Below, one piece after another: positions 37,938-50,800 of a stretch of DNA of 64,000 bases. Origin of the DNA: Mizuhopecten yessoensis (Eukaryota); assembly GCF_002113885.1 (NCBI RefSeq), contig NW_018408919.1, forward strand, positions 172,046 to 236,045, read 5' to 3'. The translations under genes and the position numbers were made by a program. Position 1 is the first letter of the stretch. Every line of letters begins with the position of its first letter. The notes under the pieces were generated by a model, which saw nothing but the letters and a program-made list of their open reading frames with translations, made no database searches and was not told where the DNA came from.

Positions 37938-39221
37938 ACAAGAGGCCCAATGGGCCTGCATCGCTCACCTGTTATTAATCCAACACTTGTAATCTTAAGA
38001 TTTCATAAGAACCTATTAAAAGATTTAAACATATGACGCCTCTGACCTTGATTGTTGAACAAGGACATTAGGTTGAAAGTGGATCAAGTTCATTCATTTG
38101 AACTAACATGGTAGTCCTTCATCCAAGCATGCTACAGACCCAATTTCAGTACCCTGGCCCTTTTGCTTATTGAAAAGAAGTCGCTTGAAGATTTTATGAC
38201 ATTTGACCCTGTGACCTTGAAAGTTGGTCAAGGTCATTCAATTGAACAAACTTGATAGTCCTTCATCCCAGCATGCTACATGCACAATATCAGTACCCTG
38301 GGCCATTTGGTTATTGAGAAGTAGTCGCTTGAAGATTTTACAACATTTGACCCCTGTGACCTCGAAAGTTGGTCAAGGTCATTCACTTGAATAAACTTGA
38401 TAGTCCTTCATCTCAGCATGCTACATGCCCAATATCAGTACCCTGGGCCTTTTGGTAATTAAGAAGTTGTTTGAAGATTTTAAGACATTAGTCCCATGTG
38501 CCCTTGAAAGTTGGTCAAGGTCATTTATTTGATTCAACTTGGTAGCACTTCATCTTAGCATGCTACAGGCCCAATATCGGTACACTGGGCCTTTTGGTTA
38601 TTGAGAATTTGTTTGAAGATTTTAACATATTTCAACCACTGTGACCTTGAAAGTTGGTCAATGTCATTCATTTGAACAAACTTGGTAGCCCTTCATCCCA
38701 GCATGCTACATGCACAATATCAGTACCCTGGGCCTTTTGGTAATTAAGAAGTTGTTTGAAGATTTTAACATATTTCAACCCCTGTGACCTTGAAAGTTGG
38801 TCAAGGTCATTTATTTGATTCAACTTGGTAGCACTTCATCTTGGCATGCTACAGGCCCAATATCGGTACACTGGGCCTTTTGGTTATTGAAAAGAAGTTG
38901 TTTGAAGATTTTAACATATTTGACCCCTGTGACCTTGAAAGTTTGTCAAGGTCATTTATTTGATTCAACTTGGTAGCACTTCATATTGGCATGCTACAGG
39001 CCCAATATCGGTACACTGGGCCTTTTGGTTATTGAGAAGAAGTGGTTTAAAGCAAAAAGTTGACGCCGAACGGCCGGACGGACGGACGGACGGCCGGCCG
39101 GCCGGACGGCCGGACGGACGGCCGGCCGGCCGGCCGGACGGCCGGACGGCCGGCCGGCCGGGCGGACGACGGATGCCGCACCCTAACATAAGCTCACTTG
39201 CCCTTCGGGCAGGTGAGCTAA
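37938..39221 (-). mobile_element. HINE / pearl-like non-autonomous Helentron with ~144-bp internal repeats and a (GGAC/GGCC)n microsatellite
   Basis: Palindrome aggcccaatgggcct plus gctcacctg at the left; agctcacttg..caggtgagcta subTIR hairpin at the right. Confidence 0.88.
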
Positions 39222-39259
39222 AAATGAAAATATTCTACCGCACCAACTTATGCTACAGG

Positions 39260-40755
39260 TTCAACAAACAAGGACAAAGTATAGCATAGCGTAAATATAC
39301 AAGGATAAAATAAACCAGAACATCAACTAACAAGGACAAAGTATACCATAACGTCGACAAACAAGGACAAAGTATAGCATAGAATCAACACACAGGGACA
39401 AAGTATAGCATAGCATCAACAAACAGGGACAAAGTATAGCATAGCGTAAATATACAAGGATAAAATAAACCAGAACATCAACTAACAAGGTCAAAGTATA
39501 CCATAACGTCGACAAACAAGGACAAAGTATAGCATAGAATCAACACACAGGGACAAAGTATAGCATAGCGTAAATATACAAGGATAAAATAAACCAGAAC
39601 ATCAACTAACAAGGTCAAAGTATACCATAACGTCGACAAACAAGGACAAAGTATAGCATAGCATCAACAAACAGGGACAAAGTATAGCATAGCGTAAATA
39701 TACAAGGATAAAATAAACCAGAACATCAACTAACAAGGTCAAAGTATACCATAACGTCGACAAACAAGGACAAAGTATAGCATAGAATCAACACACAGGG
39801 ACAAAGTATAGCATAGCGTAAATATACAAGGATAAAATAAACCAGAACATCAACTAACAAGGTCAAAGTATACCATAACGTCGACAAACAAGGACAAAGT
39901 ATAGCATAGCATCAACAAACAGGGACAAAGTATAGCATAGCGTAAATATACAAGGATAAAATAAACCAGAACATCAACTAACAAGGACAAAGTATACCAA
40001 GGTCATTCATTTGAACAAAGTTGGTAGCCCTACATCAAAGCATGCTACAGGCCTAATATCAGTACCCTGGGCCCTTTGGTTATTGAGAAGAAGTTGTTTA
40101 AAGCAAAAAGTTGACGCCGGACGGCCGGACGGACGGACGGACGGCCGGCCGGCCGGACGGACGACGGATGCCGCACCATAACATAAGCTCACTTGCCCTT
40201 CGGGCAGGTGAGCTAAAAATGAAAATATTCTACCGCACCAACTTATGCTACAGTTTCAACAAACAAGGACAAAGTATAGCATAGCATCAACAAACAGGGA
40301 CAAAGTATAGCATAGCGTAAATATACAAGGATAAAATAAACCAGAACATCAACTAACAAGGACAAAGTATACCATAACGTCGACAAACAAGGACAAAGTA
40401 TAGCATATCTTCAACATAAACGGACAAATTATACCATAGAGTCAACATACAAAGAGAAAAGACTAGCATAGCGTCAACAAACAATGAAAAAGCATAGAAG
40501 AGCGTCAACAAGAAGGACAAAGTATACCATAGCGTCAAAATACAAGGACAAAGTATACCATGGCGTCAACATACAAAGACAAAGTATACCATAGCGTCAA
40601 CAAAAAGGGTAAAGTATACCAAAGCGTCAAAATACAAGGACAAAGTATACCATAGCGTCAACATCCAAAGACAAAGTATACCATAGCGTCAACAAACAAG
40701 GACGAAGTATACCATAGCGTCAGCGTGCAAGGACGAAGTAAACCAAAGCGTCAAC
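39260..40755. repeat. 31-bp minisatellite (acaaggacaaagtataccatagcgtcaacaa) with 124/248-bp higher-order structure, interrupted at 39998-40260
   Basis: Variant unit gtaaatatac recurs at 39446, 39570, 39694, 39818, 39942. Confidence 0.93.
39998..40215 (-). mobile_element. Partial second copy of the HINE end with duplicated flank
   Basis: Repeats ~38948-39221 and the following unique flank aaaatgaaaatattctaccgcaccaacttatgctacag. Confidence 0.8.
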
Positions 40756-41734
40756 TCATAAAGACATAGGCCATGGAATTAACTTACAAATAATAAATTG
40801 ATGCTCAGAACCAATGCGAAAGCACAACGACTAGAGGATATCAAACCGAAATGACATCATGCAAAAACCGGAGGCGAGATCAACAATATTCATGCCAAAG
40901 ATATTAGCGTTATGCATACATGTATATACATTTTAGATATACGAATCCCTATTGTGGCCCTTCTGAGTACAAAATGTATGTGAAAAGTCAATCCTGTAAT
41001 CTCGAAAGGGTTCAGACAAATGTAATTTGTATAGTTATGTATAAATCCTCGGGAATTATCGTTCTAGTACATGGTGTACACATAGCTTCTAGTGTTTAAA
41101 TCCTCGGGAATTATCGTTCTAGTATATATAGTGTAGATAAAACCCATGTATAAATGTTAATTTTCGTATCAAACCTGGACGATTTAGCGGGCCGTTATTT
41201 GTTTTTTTTTCATCAGCTTCACACTTTTCCAGAATGTTTCTGAAAGATTTAAATTGCACTTATTTATCATTCATTTTTTATTTGAACTCCAAAATTTGCA
41301 TTTAACATTTGAATATATGCTATTTGTTAAAACAAAGAATAGTTTAAAAATAAATTCAAATTGAATCTTAAATGAAATCAAGTTAACCAGACCTCTTCTA
41401 ACAGAACCCTGGTTACCGTAATACTACAAAATCAATGGCTTTGCTGAGGAAACTTACAACTGTAAAGGGAGATAATCCGATTTAAGTATTTTACATTTGA
41501 TCTAGTTTTATTACAACAATTGGTTATAGACCTTAAATACCTGATCGACGTTCCTAAACAAAGACGCTAATCTGTTTAGTGCAATTCTTCCGTCGAATGT
41601 GATTACCCGCGCCCTACATGGCAGGTCGTATCACTGCCCACCGTTCGTTATTCCAAACCTCTACAACACAAACTAATTACTGATCCATTATGATAGAGAT
41701 GACACCTATGTGTATCAATCAAGGACAGATACGA

Positions 41735-41742
41735 TGACGTCA
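41735..41742. promoter_or_regulatory. Full CRE palindrome TGACGTCA (plus half-site) 55 bp upstream of the membrane-protein ATG
   Basis: Motif match only. Confidence 0.35.
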
Positions 41743-41796
41743 TTGATGATATGACGTAGACAGTGGTCTTATTGAGGAGGGGACCAATCTAAGACC

Positions 41797-41845
41797 ATGG
41801 GGATTGGTGCGTTGCTATGGATATTATTCCTGGTTCGATATTCAG
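41797..41845 (+). CDS. Membrane protein exon 1 (signal peptide)
   Basis: Kozak-like accATGg; donor cag|gtatgt, phase 1. Confidence 0.75.
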
Positions 41846-44800
41846 GTATGTTATTTTATAAACAAGCCGTTTTCTTTAAACGTAATACGACAACGTCAAT
41901 TATGTCATAAATCGATATATATATATATTTCATGAATTATATGCATTGTATTGATAATGTATTTGATTATTAACAATTGAGATACTCGCCAAATATATAT
42001 GCATTATCTTTGTGATAGAAACCAACTTTGTTATATATTATATTTATATAAGGAGATACGAGTTAATAGAAAATGATAAAAAAAAACTCACAGTGAAATG
42101 TAATTAAATGTTAAACGTATATGAATGAAAGGTTGAAATTGTTTAAAGCTATGTTTCCACGAATATGTCAAATACAATTATCACAAAGATGACTGCATGA
42201 TCTCGGTTAGACATATATTTGTGTATTTTATCACAAATTGATGTATTTTTCACCCTTATTCCAGCTAAAATGAAGTTAACAAAATTTAGTTTTTAAGCAT
42301 AGAATAATTCAAAAACTGATTGATATAAAGATAAAAAGCCGTGAAAATGACCCCCATTTAAATCGCGATTTTTTTTTCTCTCTAATAAATCCTTTACAGG
42401 TATGTCTGACGGTTTTTTCCGGGAAAGATTAGTATGTCACCTTTTAGGGGGAATAACTTTGTACAGAATAGCATGCGCTAAATTGTGATGTCATAAAAGT
42501 GAATGGCGATTATTCGCAACATATGCTTTTGCTTACAAATATTATTACTGTCGGTTGCGTTTTGACTGAAAGTGACTGGAAGAGAGAAAAATGATCATTC
42601 CTTACTTTATGTGTGACACAGAGAAATCTCAAACGCTCGGATTGTAATCATTTGGTTGTAAACCCTCGGCAAATCCTCAGGTTTGTCAACGAGATAAATC
42701 ATCCATTGGGTTGGAGATTTCTTTGTTTCAATCTTAGGTAGGAGAAAATTCTATTGATCTATTAATGACGTGTATTAAATGTTATTCAGGAAACGCTTAC
42801 ACTTCTGAAGCAAATGCGGGCGCTCACATTGTCCATTACACTGTGTTTATTAAGAATAAATTATGAATTGGCTAGATATATCATACGAAAAAAGCTTGGT
42901 GATTTAAATATGGTTGTATATATTAGCAATTGTGGTTGAATAATTATCTATGCGGTGTATAATTTAGGCAACAGCTACAATAATGATTAGTCTTTATGTA
43001 ATAGTTAAACCTTAACATTGACAGGACTTGTCGATGTAAAATACTACTCTATCTGGATAGTAGTAAGATCACTCGTGTAAGATTTAAATATGGTTGTATA
43101 TATTATCAATTGTGGTTGAATAATTATCTCTGTGTTCGCATAATAAACGCAATTGTTTGTATATGATTACAAGGTCTATGAAATATTATCATATGTAAAT
43201 AACGATTTTAAGGATTTGATTGACTGATTTTATCGTTTACAAACATTGATTAATAAGAAAACTACCAGACGACATTTATGGTCCTAAAAATATCTTTGCT
43301 CACTACAGAATTCAGTTTGAACGTTTTTTCATGTCTAATCTAGATAAAAGCATATAAGCTTACAGTTCAAATGAGCCTTGGTAATCCAGCCAACACTTAT
43401 GTGGTTTTCTTATAACGCAACAGGTATTTCTGGGAACAGAAAGACCCTTCTCTGTAATAAAATATTGTAAGAAATCTAGCAATCACACAATTCAGACACT
43501 GATGCTAGAAATGGGAGTGGCTGTGAATGGGAGTGGCTAAGAATTGGAGTGGCTAGATTATCGAGGCTCTAATGGAAGTGCAAGTTACATAATGGTTTGG
43601 TTTTATTTTGTTTAACGTCCATTTGACATCTAAGGTCATTCAAGGACGTGCCTCCATGTGTTTTTAGTAAGTTGTAAGTGTGCATGTATGCTGGAGACAG
43701 GGTTTGTTGGTGTACTTGCCTCCTTGTAATAACGCAGATCTGATGCCGACTTTATATTGCTATCTCACTGAAACACCATGCCGAAGGCACCGAGCACAGC
43801 ATTCCGCCCGGTCGCATTATACTGACAACGGGTGAACCAGTTATTGCCATTACTTTAAATGCTGAACGTTAAGCAGGGACTAACATCTACCACTTTTAAT
43901 GACTTTGATATGTCCCGAAGTTACATAATGGATACAGTAAATACTGATTTTCAGTAACCTTGGTCGTTTAATTATAAAAAGATTAGGAGAAAATAACGAT
44001 GACGTCTATTTGGTACTTATATCAGTACATGTTAAGTTGTATATATTGATAGACGTGTATTCAAAATAAAACAGTAAGTAGATATATCAACTTTTCTCTG
44101 GGTGAATATACTGTAAATCACTATTTATGTCTGTATTTTATTTCGGGGACTAAACATGCGGGATTTTTTAATTCGCAGAATCTTTAATTTGGTGATATTT
44201 CAGTGTTGATCAAATTTCCAGGTAATTAATATTCGCTGTAGATATAAAATCGCGAATGTTCATTGTGATTTAAACCCAAAAATAATTCGTTAGCGATTAT
44301 AATGCTACACTTTAAAATCAATATATATGTATATTGGTTCCTATTGTAGAATGTACGTGCACACTGCCAACCAATCTAGTAGGGTCCTGGACGAGCAGCG
44401 AGCAAGGTTCTATGACCTTCACCTCTACCTCGCTTCTAAGCTACCCGACAACGACCTTCGGCACGTTCACTTTTACCTGTGATTCTTATTCTGGTTCACA
44501 ATACGTCCTCAAGTAAGTGTATTTTATATATTCTTCAGGGAATCGAGGATAGACACAACTTATAAATATTACCCTTGTAAATGTTTAAATGCAACTCCCT
44601 TTCCTCTTCTTCTTCTTCTTCTTCTTCTTCTTCTTCTTCTTCTACCAATAATATGCTACCACCTCTGGTGTATTGTCGTAGTTATGGCACATACCCAGTG
44701 GACACATGCCTCAGTTTCTGTTCCATACGTATCTGGATTTCCACCTTTTTAGGCCCCCGAGTATCACCAATGAGTACCTGAATGACGAAACAACTGTATG

Positions 44801-47800
44801 GTGCAGAGAAGTTCATTTTGACATAACGTACCCATTGCCAAAGGGTTTAAGGTGCATTCACATATTAGTGTCTTACGATCATCGATTAACAGAAACCATC
44901 AGGTCGTGTGTCATATGCTATGCAGAACAAGCTATTTTTTCAGCGTGCATAGTTCCGTCAACTTTTTATACCAAGAGTCTTATGATTGTATGTCTCCTCT
45001 GATTTAGTTTTTTAAGACTTAAAGTTTCTCCGATATCTTTATTTACGTGTTGGCAAAATCCTTTCTATTTGGCATTAAAGTATACCTTATTTTTTGTTCG
45101 TAGGTCCCCATCTTTTACCTACCTAACTCTCCCGTTTGAGGCCTACCTTTGTTTAGTTCTAACAGAAATATCATCGACGAAATTCACATATTTCATTGGC
45201 ACAGGTGAGTAGCGAAATATGTTATTTTTTAATGAATGGCATCTAGACTTCGTTATTGCATTACACGTTTTAACAATTAATGAGAACGAATGATTGGATA
45301 ATGTTGATCGAAAAAATTTCGCTGTAGTTTAATTTTCGCCTTTTTCGCTACTCTCTAAGATGAGAGCTAACTTATCATTACAGCGAACATTAATCAATGA
45401 CGTTATTCACATGGTAACTACATTCACACGTTTGTCGGGCCGAAAATATCACAGTAAACAGTTATACTAAGACAAAAAAAATATGTGAAAACAAGAGAAA
45501 TAAATCATAATAAAAAAAATCACATTTATAAGTGTCAGACTTGTAACACAGCATGTAGCTTAAAAAATAATTGATGTTAAGTATTTTTTCTTATATGTTT
45601 GTACTCAATGTATTCTATTTTAAATGAAGTTTAGACTTGTTTCAACTGTATTAATGTTTTCATTTTACTATACGTTTACCAAATTAGTCTGAAATTGACT
45701 CTTTTTTTATTTATTCAACAAAAAATTTAATTGGGAATTATTCAATATACTAAACATATGTTATAGAAATTATTATCATTATAATGGAAAATTGGTTATT
45801 TTCATTATGGTATTATTCTTTGTTGCCAAGACTCGTTACTTTTGTGTCATTTCCGACCTGCAGAGACGAACAGTTATGCCGGAAACGACCGGTTAAAGAC
45901 GTCCAATCCGTCTACAACGCTAAACGTATCGGACGTATGTGACCGGTCATCGTACCCCACCGGAACATACTACGTACTGGTCAAGGATGGTAATGTCGCA
46001 GAGTCCTGTTTAACCATCATAAACTTTTTCTATATTATGCTAGCTTTATTATCACTGAAAGATATGGTGATCTGTGGGAAAATCATATTGTTATGGTATA
46101 AGTGTACAAAGGAACAAAAAGAAATGTTATACAAAGAATAGTTATTCTCCTATTGATTGCGACAACAATACAAAATATGAGGATTTAATAACAGGTTATC
46201 ATAAGCTTATACAATTTTTAATACTGTGTTATACTGCTTAAAGGTAATCTTTATTTGAAATTACAATACCATTATTTGTATTAAGAAGAACAATTAAAGA
46301 ATAGTTTAACGAACTTTCCAACCATTTCTTTGTTTTAGCGTTTTGAGTAAGTATTTATCTTAAATTAACATATGATCAACAAAAGTTCTTGGTAATTGTA
46401 GGCGAGATTAACAGTGCCCAAACAGACTGCCCAACAGACCTCCTCGGACAATGGACTTATACCTATAACAACGGAAGCGGAAGTGACGTATGCTCTGGTA
46501 ACACAACCTCAGCAGATGTGTGTAATACGACTACCGGTATAAGTCTGTCATACACATCATGTAGCCAGATGGTCATGTATTCAAGTGAGTAATGATTGAT
46601 CACAAATACATTCTATCAACACCAACAAGCAGCTCAACTTAGATATTAGTAATATTCTATAAACTTTCTTGTAACGACCTACATTGATAGATTCAATTGT
46701 CATTACATTAAATATGATTTTCGAATGATGCCAGCATCTCCGTGTTATCGATATGAAATAAAAAAAATTAAAAAATGACCTTTTTTAATTGGAAAAAAAC
46801 AAACAAAAATATATCTACATCATATAAACAAAGGGTTTAAACTAGCATTTTCTAAACCTGAAAGTATTTCCCCATTCGGTCAAGAAATGATATAACCAGT
46901 TAACCATATTTGAAACTGTATGAGAAATAAAACTGCCCAGTCTATCATTTTGTTCCATTTGTTTGATGATGCCATCCTTATTTATTCGCTCAAATATATG
47001 GTCCCGTATCTTTATAACAATATCAGTATCGATATTTTTTTTCTTTAAAACCTTTAAAACATTCTTTTTCTCACTTTCTTAAAGCACGAAATCGTTTGTT
47101 TAAAATGCATTAAATATCAGTCCTAACATGTGAACATCATATCAGTTTTTAATGCTAGATTAATTCAACTTTTTAATGACCTTTAGATTCAATGTGCACA
47201 TGATCGTTTGAAATAATAAGAGTGAAGCTAAACATCTTGTCTAAACGATTTTTCCTTGAAGAACATGGCGTCACTAAAGTCAGTTAAGATATATATATTT
47301 ATTAAAAGACGTCCATCATCTATTGCCTGTAAAACGAAACATTAAGCTTTATTTTCCTTTGGCAAGATTAAATGCTAGAAAATAAGTGAATATCTATTGG
47401 TTCGAATTAACGAAATGATACGCTAAGCAGACGTGTGAAATTGGCAAGATAGTATTGGTTTAAATTTCATTTTAACCATTTTTTACAGGTAGTGGATTTC
47501 TGTACTGTCTGTACAGTTTCACTGACAGTTCTATGACGTACATTAACCTGTATAACACGGACAGCACGACAGATGAGTCGTCAACCTACCGCTTTACCTG
47601 TCTGGTGAGTCTTACTTACCTATGTGATACTTACCTGTCTGGTGAATCTTATTTACCTATGTGACACTTCCCTGTTGATACTTACCTGTCTGGTGGGTCT
47701 AATTTACTTATGGGACACTTACCCGTTGATACTTACCTGTCTTGTGAGTCTTACTTACCTATGTGATACTTACCTCTCTGGTGAATCTTACTAACCTATG

Positions 47801-50800
47801 TGACACTTCCCTGTTGATAATTACCTGTCTGGTGAGGCTCATTTACTTATCGGACACTCACCTGTTGATACTTACCTGTCTGGTGAGTCTTATTTACCTA
47901 TGGGACACTTACCTGTTGATACGTACTGTCTAGTGAGTCCTGTTTACCTATGTGATACTAATCTGTTGCTACTTACCTGTCTGGTGAGTCTTACTTACCT
48001 ATGTGACACTTACCTGTCTGGTGAGTCTTGCTTACATATGTGACACATACCTGTCTGGTGAGTCTTACTTACATATGTGACACTAACTTGTTGAGACTTG
48101 CCTGTCTGGTGAGTCTTACTAACATATGTGGCACTAACCTATCGAGACTTACCTGTCTGGTGAGTCTTACTAACCTGTGTGGCACTAACCTATGGGACAC
48201 TTACCTATCCGATACTTACCTTTTTATACTTATCTGGTAAGTTCATACACTTAGCTGTCAAATACTTATCTACCAGGTTAGTCTTAATTATGGTTGTTAG
48301 TTGATCCTTGATATTTAACAATTGCAGAGGTCAAACAACATTTTCCCTGACATTTAAATGGTCAATATATATAAAAAAAAAAGACAGGTACTTTCAAACC
48401 CAAGAGTCAGAACTAACTTCGGGGAGTCAAAAACATACTCTCAAGAGTCAAATGTAACTTGATACTTAATTTCACATTGAAATGATGTTATTCTGTCTAC
48501 TTGTTAAGGTTATGACAGAGTCAGGCGATGACCGGTACATCACACAGTATCCTAAACAATGCCATGAAAACCAGAACTCTTCTTCAGTACTTTCACCGGG
48601 AACAAGCCTCGTTTTCAGCCTCTCAAGTAAGACAATGTTTGTCTGCAATTTTCTTATCAATGTCATGAAATCTTTTGAATTTGCAAGAAGACTGTTATTG
48701 AATCATTCTTAAAAAACTTTACAAGAAAAATAATGATATTAATGATAATAAAGAAACCCAAGTGTTGGCAAAGGATCATTCAAACTTCAAACCGATAAAA
48801 CTGGGGCTGAATATGAATAACCGATAGTTAAGCCAGATATGTTTTTTAGTTATGAACTTTTGCTTTCTTTGGCAGGTACCTGTGGTAAGTATACCGACTT
48901 TTTTTCTGTATGCATATCTTTTTTGTATGTCTTTTGGTAAATGATTACTGGAAAAAAGTAATAAAAAATTCAAAATTCTCCTAACATCACAATCACAAAT
49001 GATTCAAACTTTCTATATCTTTATGACCATAAACATGTAAAATTATTTAACTTTCTCTTATCATAATCCAGCCATCTTGAATCTAGATATTTTTGATAAG
49101 AATGGTTGGGCTGGTAATCATTTGTACTAGTAATGTACATATGTTGTATTTCGTATTCAAATCTGTAATGTCTATTTTTTCTATAGCGCATTCCAAACAT
49201 CGAACCGCAGTTTCACGAACGTTTCTTAAATGCTTTACTAATTCTTTTATAAAAAATTAAAATAAGGAAATTTCACTTGAAATGTTTCCTGTACTACCAT
49301 AATGCTATTCAAAAGAGAGAAAAAATGAGAAGTTTCCTTATGTTAGGGAACATCCATGAAAAAAGGATTTTGCATTTGTCCTGAAAGATTAATATGAAAT
49401 TAATATTATCTGTAGCAACCTCTGATGTCGTGAGTGCTGCAACGCTTGCTGTAGCGCTTGCTGTCGTGATCCCTCTCATCGTTATCATCGTTGCCTGCAT
49501 CATCTCCTACTTCTGTTGGGTGAACTACCAGAAGAAGAAAATAGAGGAAGCTGCAAGGCCAGATCCTAAATTCGCAAATGGCGAAATTCGCAATAGACGT
49601 AAAAACATTCACGATGGCGTAATACATCCGGATCAGAACGGAATCATGATACGCCGAGAGGAATCTATCGTTATATCTGTGCCCCTTTCGGCACGTGACG
49701 ACGATAACCAATCACCATTGTCGGAATTGGATGACTATGGTCAGGATGTAGATTCGGACGATGACGAATATGAAGTGAAGGATATCACAGAGTTTTCTTT
49801 GACTGACGATATTCCGGAAATAGTGGTTCACTCTGCAACGCCTAATCCTCGGGACGATAACCCGGTAGAGACCGGTACAGACGTAAAAAGTGCTAAAATT
49901 AAAAAGAAGCGGCGCCGACGGAGGAAAAGTGCAAGAAGTCGAGTCTCGACAATTACGGAGTCCAGACAGGATGCAGACATAAAGACCAAAAGGAAATCTC
50001 ACTCACACATGGTTTGTTATCGATGGCATTATTTTAAGTTACCTTAGTCTCTGGATTTATTAAAACGACAGTTTGATTATGATATTGACCTGAATTTTCC
50101 TCCCAACGAAACCAGCCTGCTTGAAAACCGAATCCTTTTCCAATTCCTTTCCAGTTTACAATCCTATACCTACCCGTTTTAACATAATGCATAGAGCAGA
50201 AGATATGTTCAATGTGATATGTATACCTACATGTTTTACTGTTTACATCTTTCCTTTCCCGCAGTGATATGTTTTTATCGCGAATATGGAGAAATACACA
50301 GGGTTAAATTTGGTTTGTAAAAAATAGGCCGTTCATTTTGAGAGGTCTTTAGTATTATTTGTACGGAAATTATCACAGTCATGTTAAAAGCGTCAATTTT
50401 CCAACGATAGCAACAACTATCAATGTTCCTATCTTGTTGATTGCCGGATTCCAATTCGCAAAAACACGAAAATGATAAAGGGACATCTTTAATCGATATG
50501 AAATCTGTTTTGTAGAAGAAAAGCCATCTAAATACAAAAGATAAAATCACATTCGGCACCTCAACGGTTCTATTGAAGATGCCAGTGAAACGACAGAAAA
50601 AGAAAAAAAAGTACTTGGTACGTACCTCAAGGAATAACTGTTAAAATTATTGTGATGGTATCTGTTTTTTGTAATTTGTTATAATCAAACCATAATTACT
50701 ACCGTAACTAAAATTACAAAAGTGTTTCATACTGCCACACACTTGAAAACAGTGAAAACAATAACTTAACGTATCATAAGGGTGATATGAATCGATTCAA

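Noticed and set aside
38960-39289. RPDG/RPAG repeat ORFs on both strands
   Set aside because: GGAC/GGCC microsatellite inside the HINE.
42901-43129. 49-bp direct repeat 180 bp apart (similar short duplications at 41043/41097 and 55787)
   Set aside because: Ordinary local duplications with no further structure.
47627-47637. U1 snRNA gene
   Set aside because: Only the first 11 nt match; the rest of U1 is absent.
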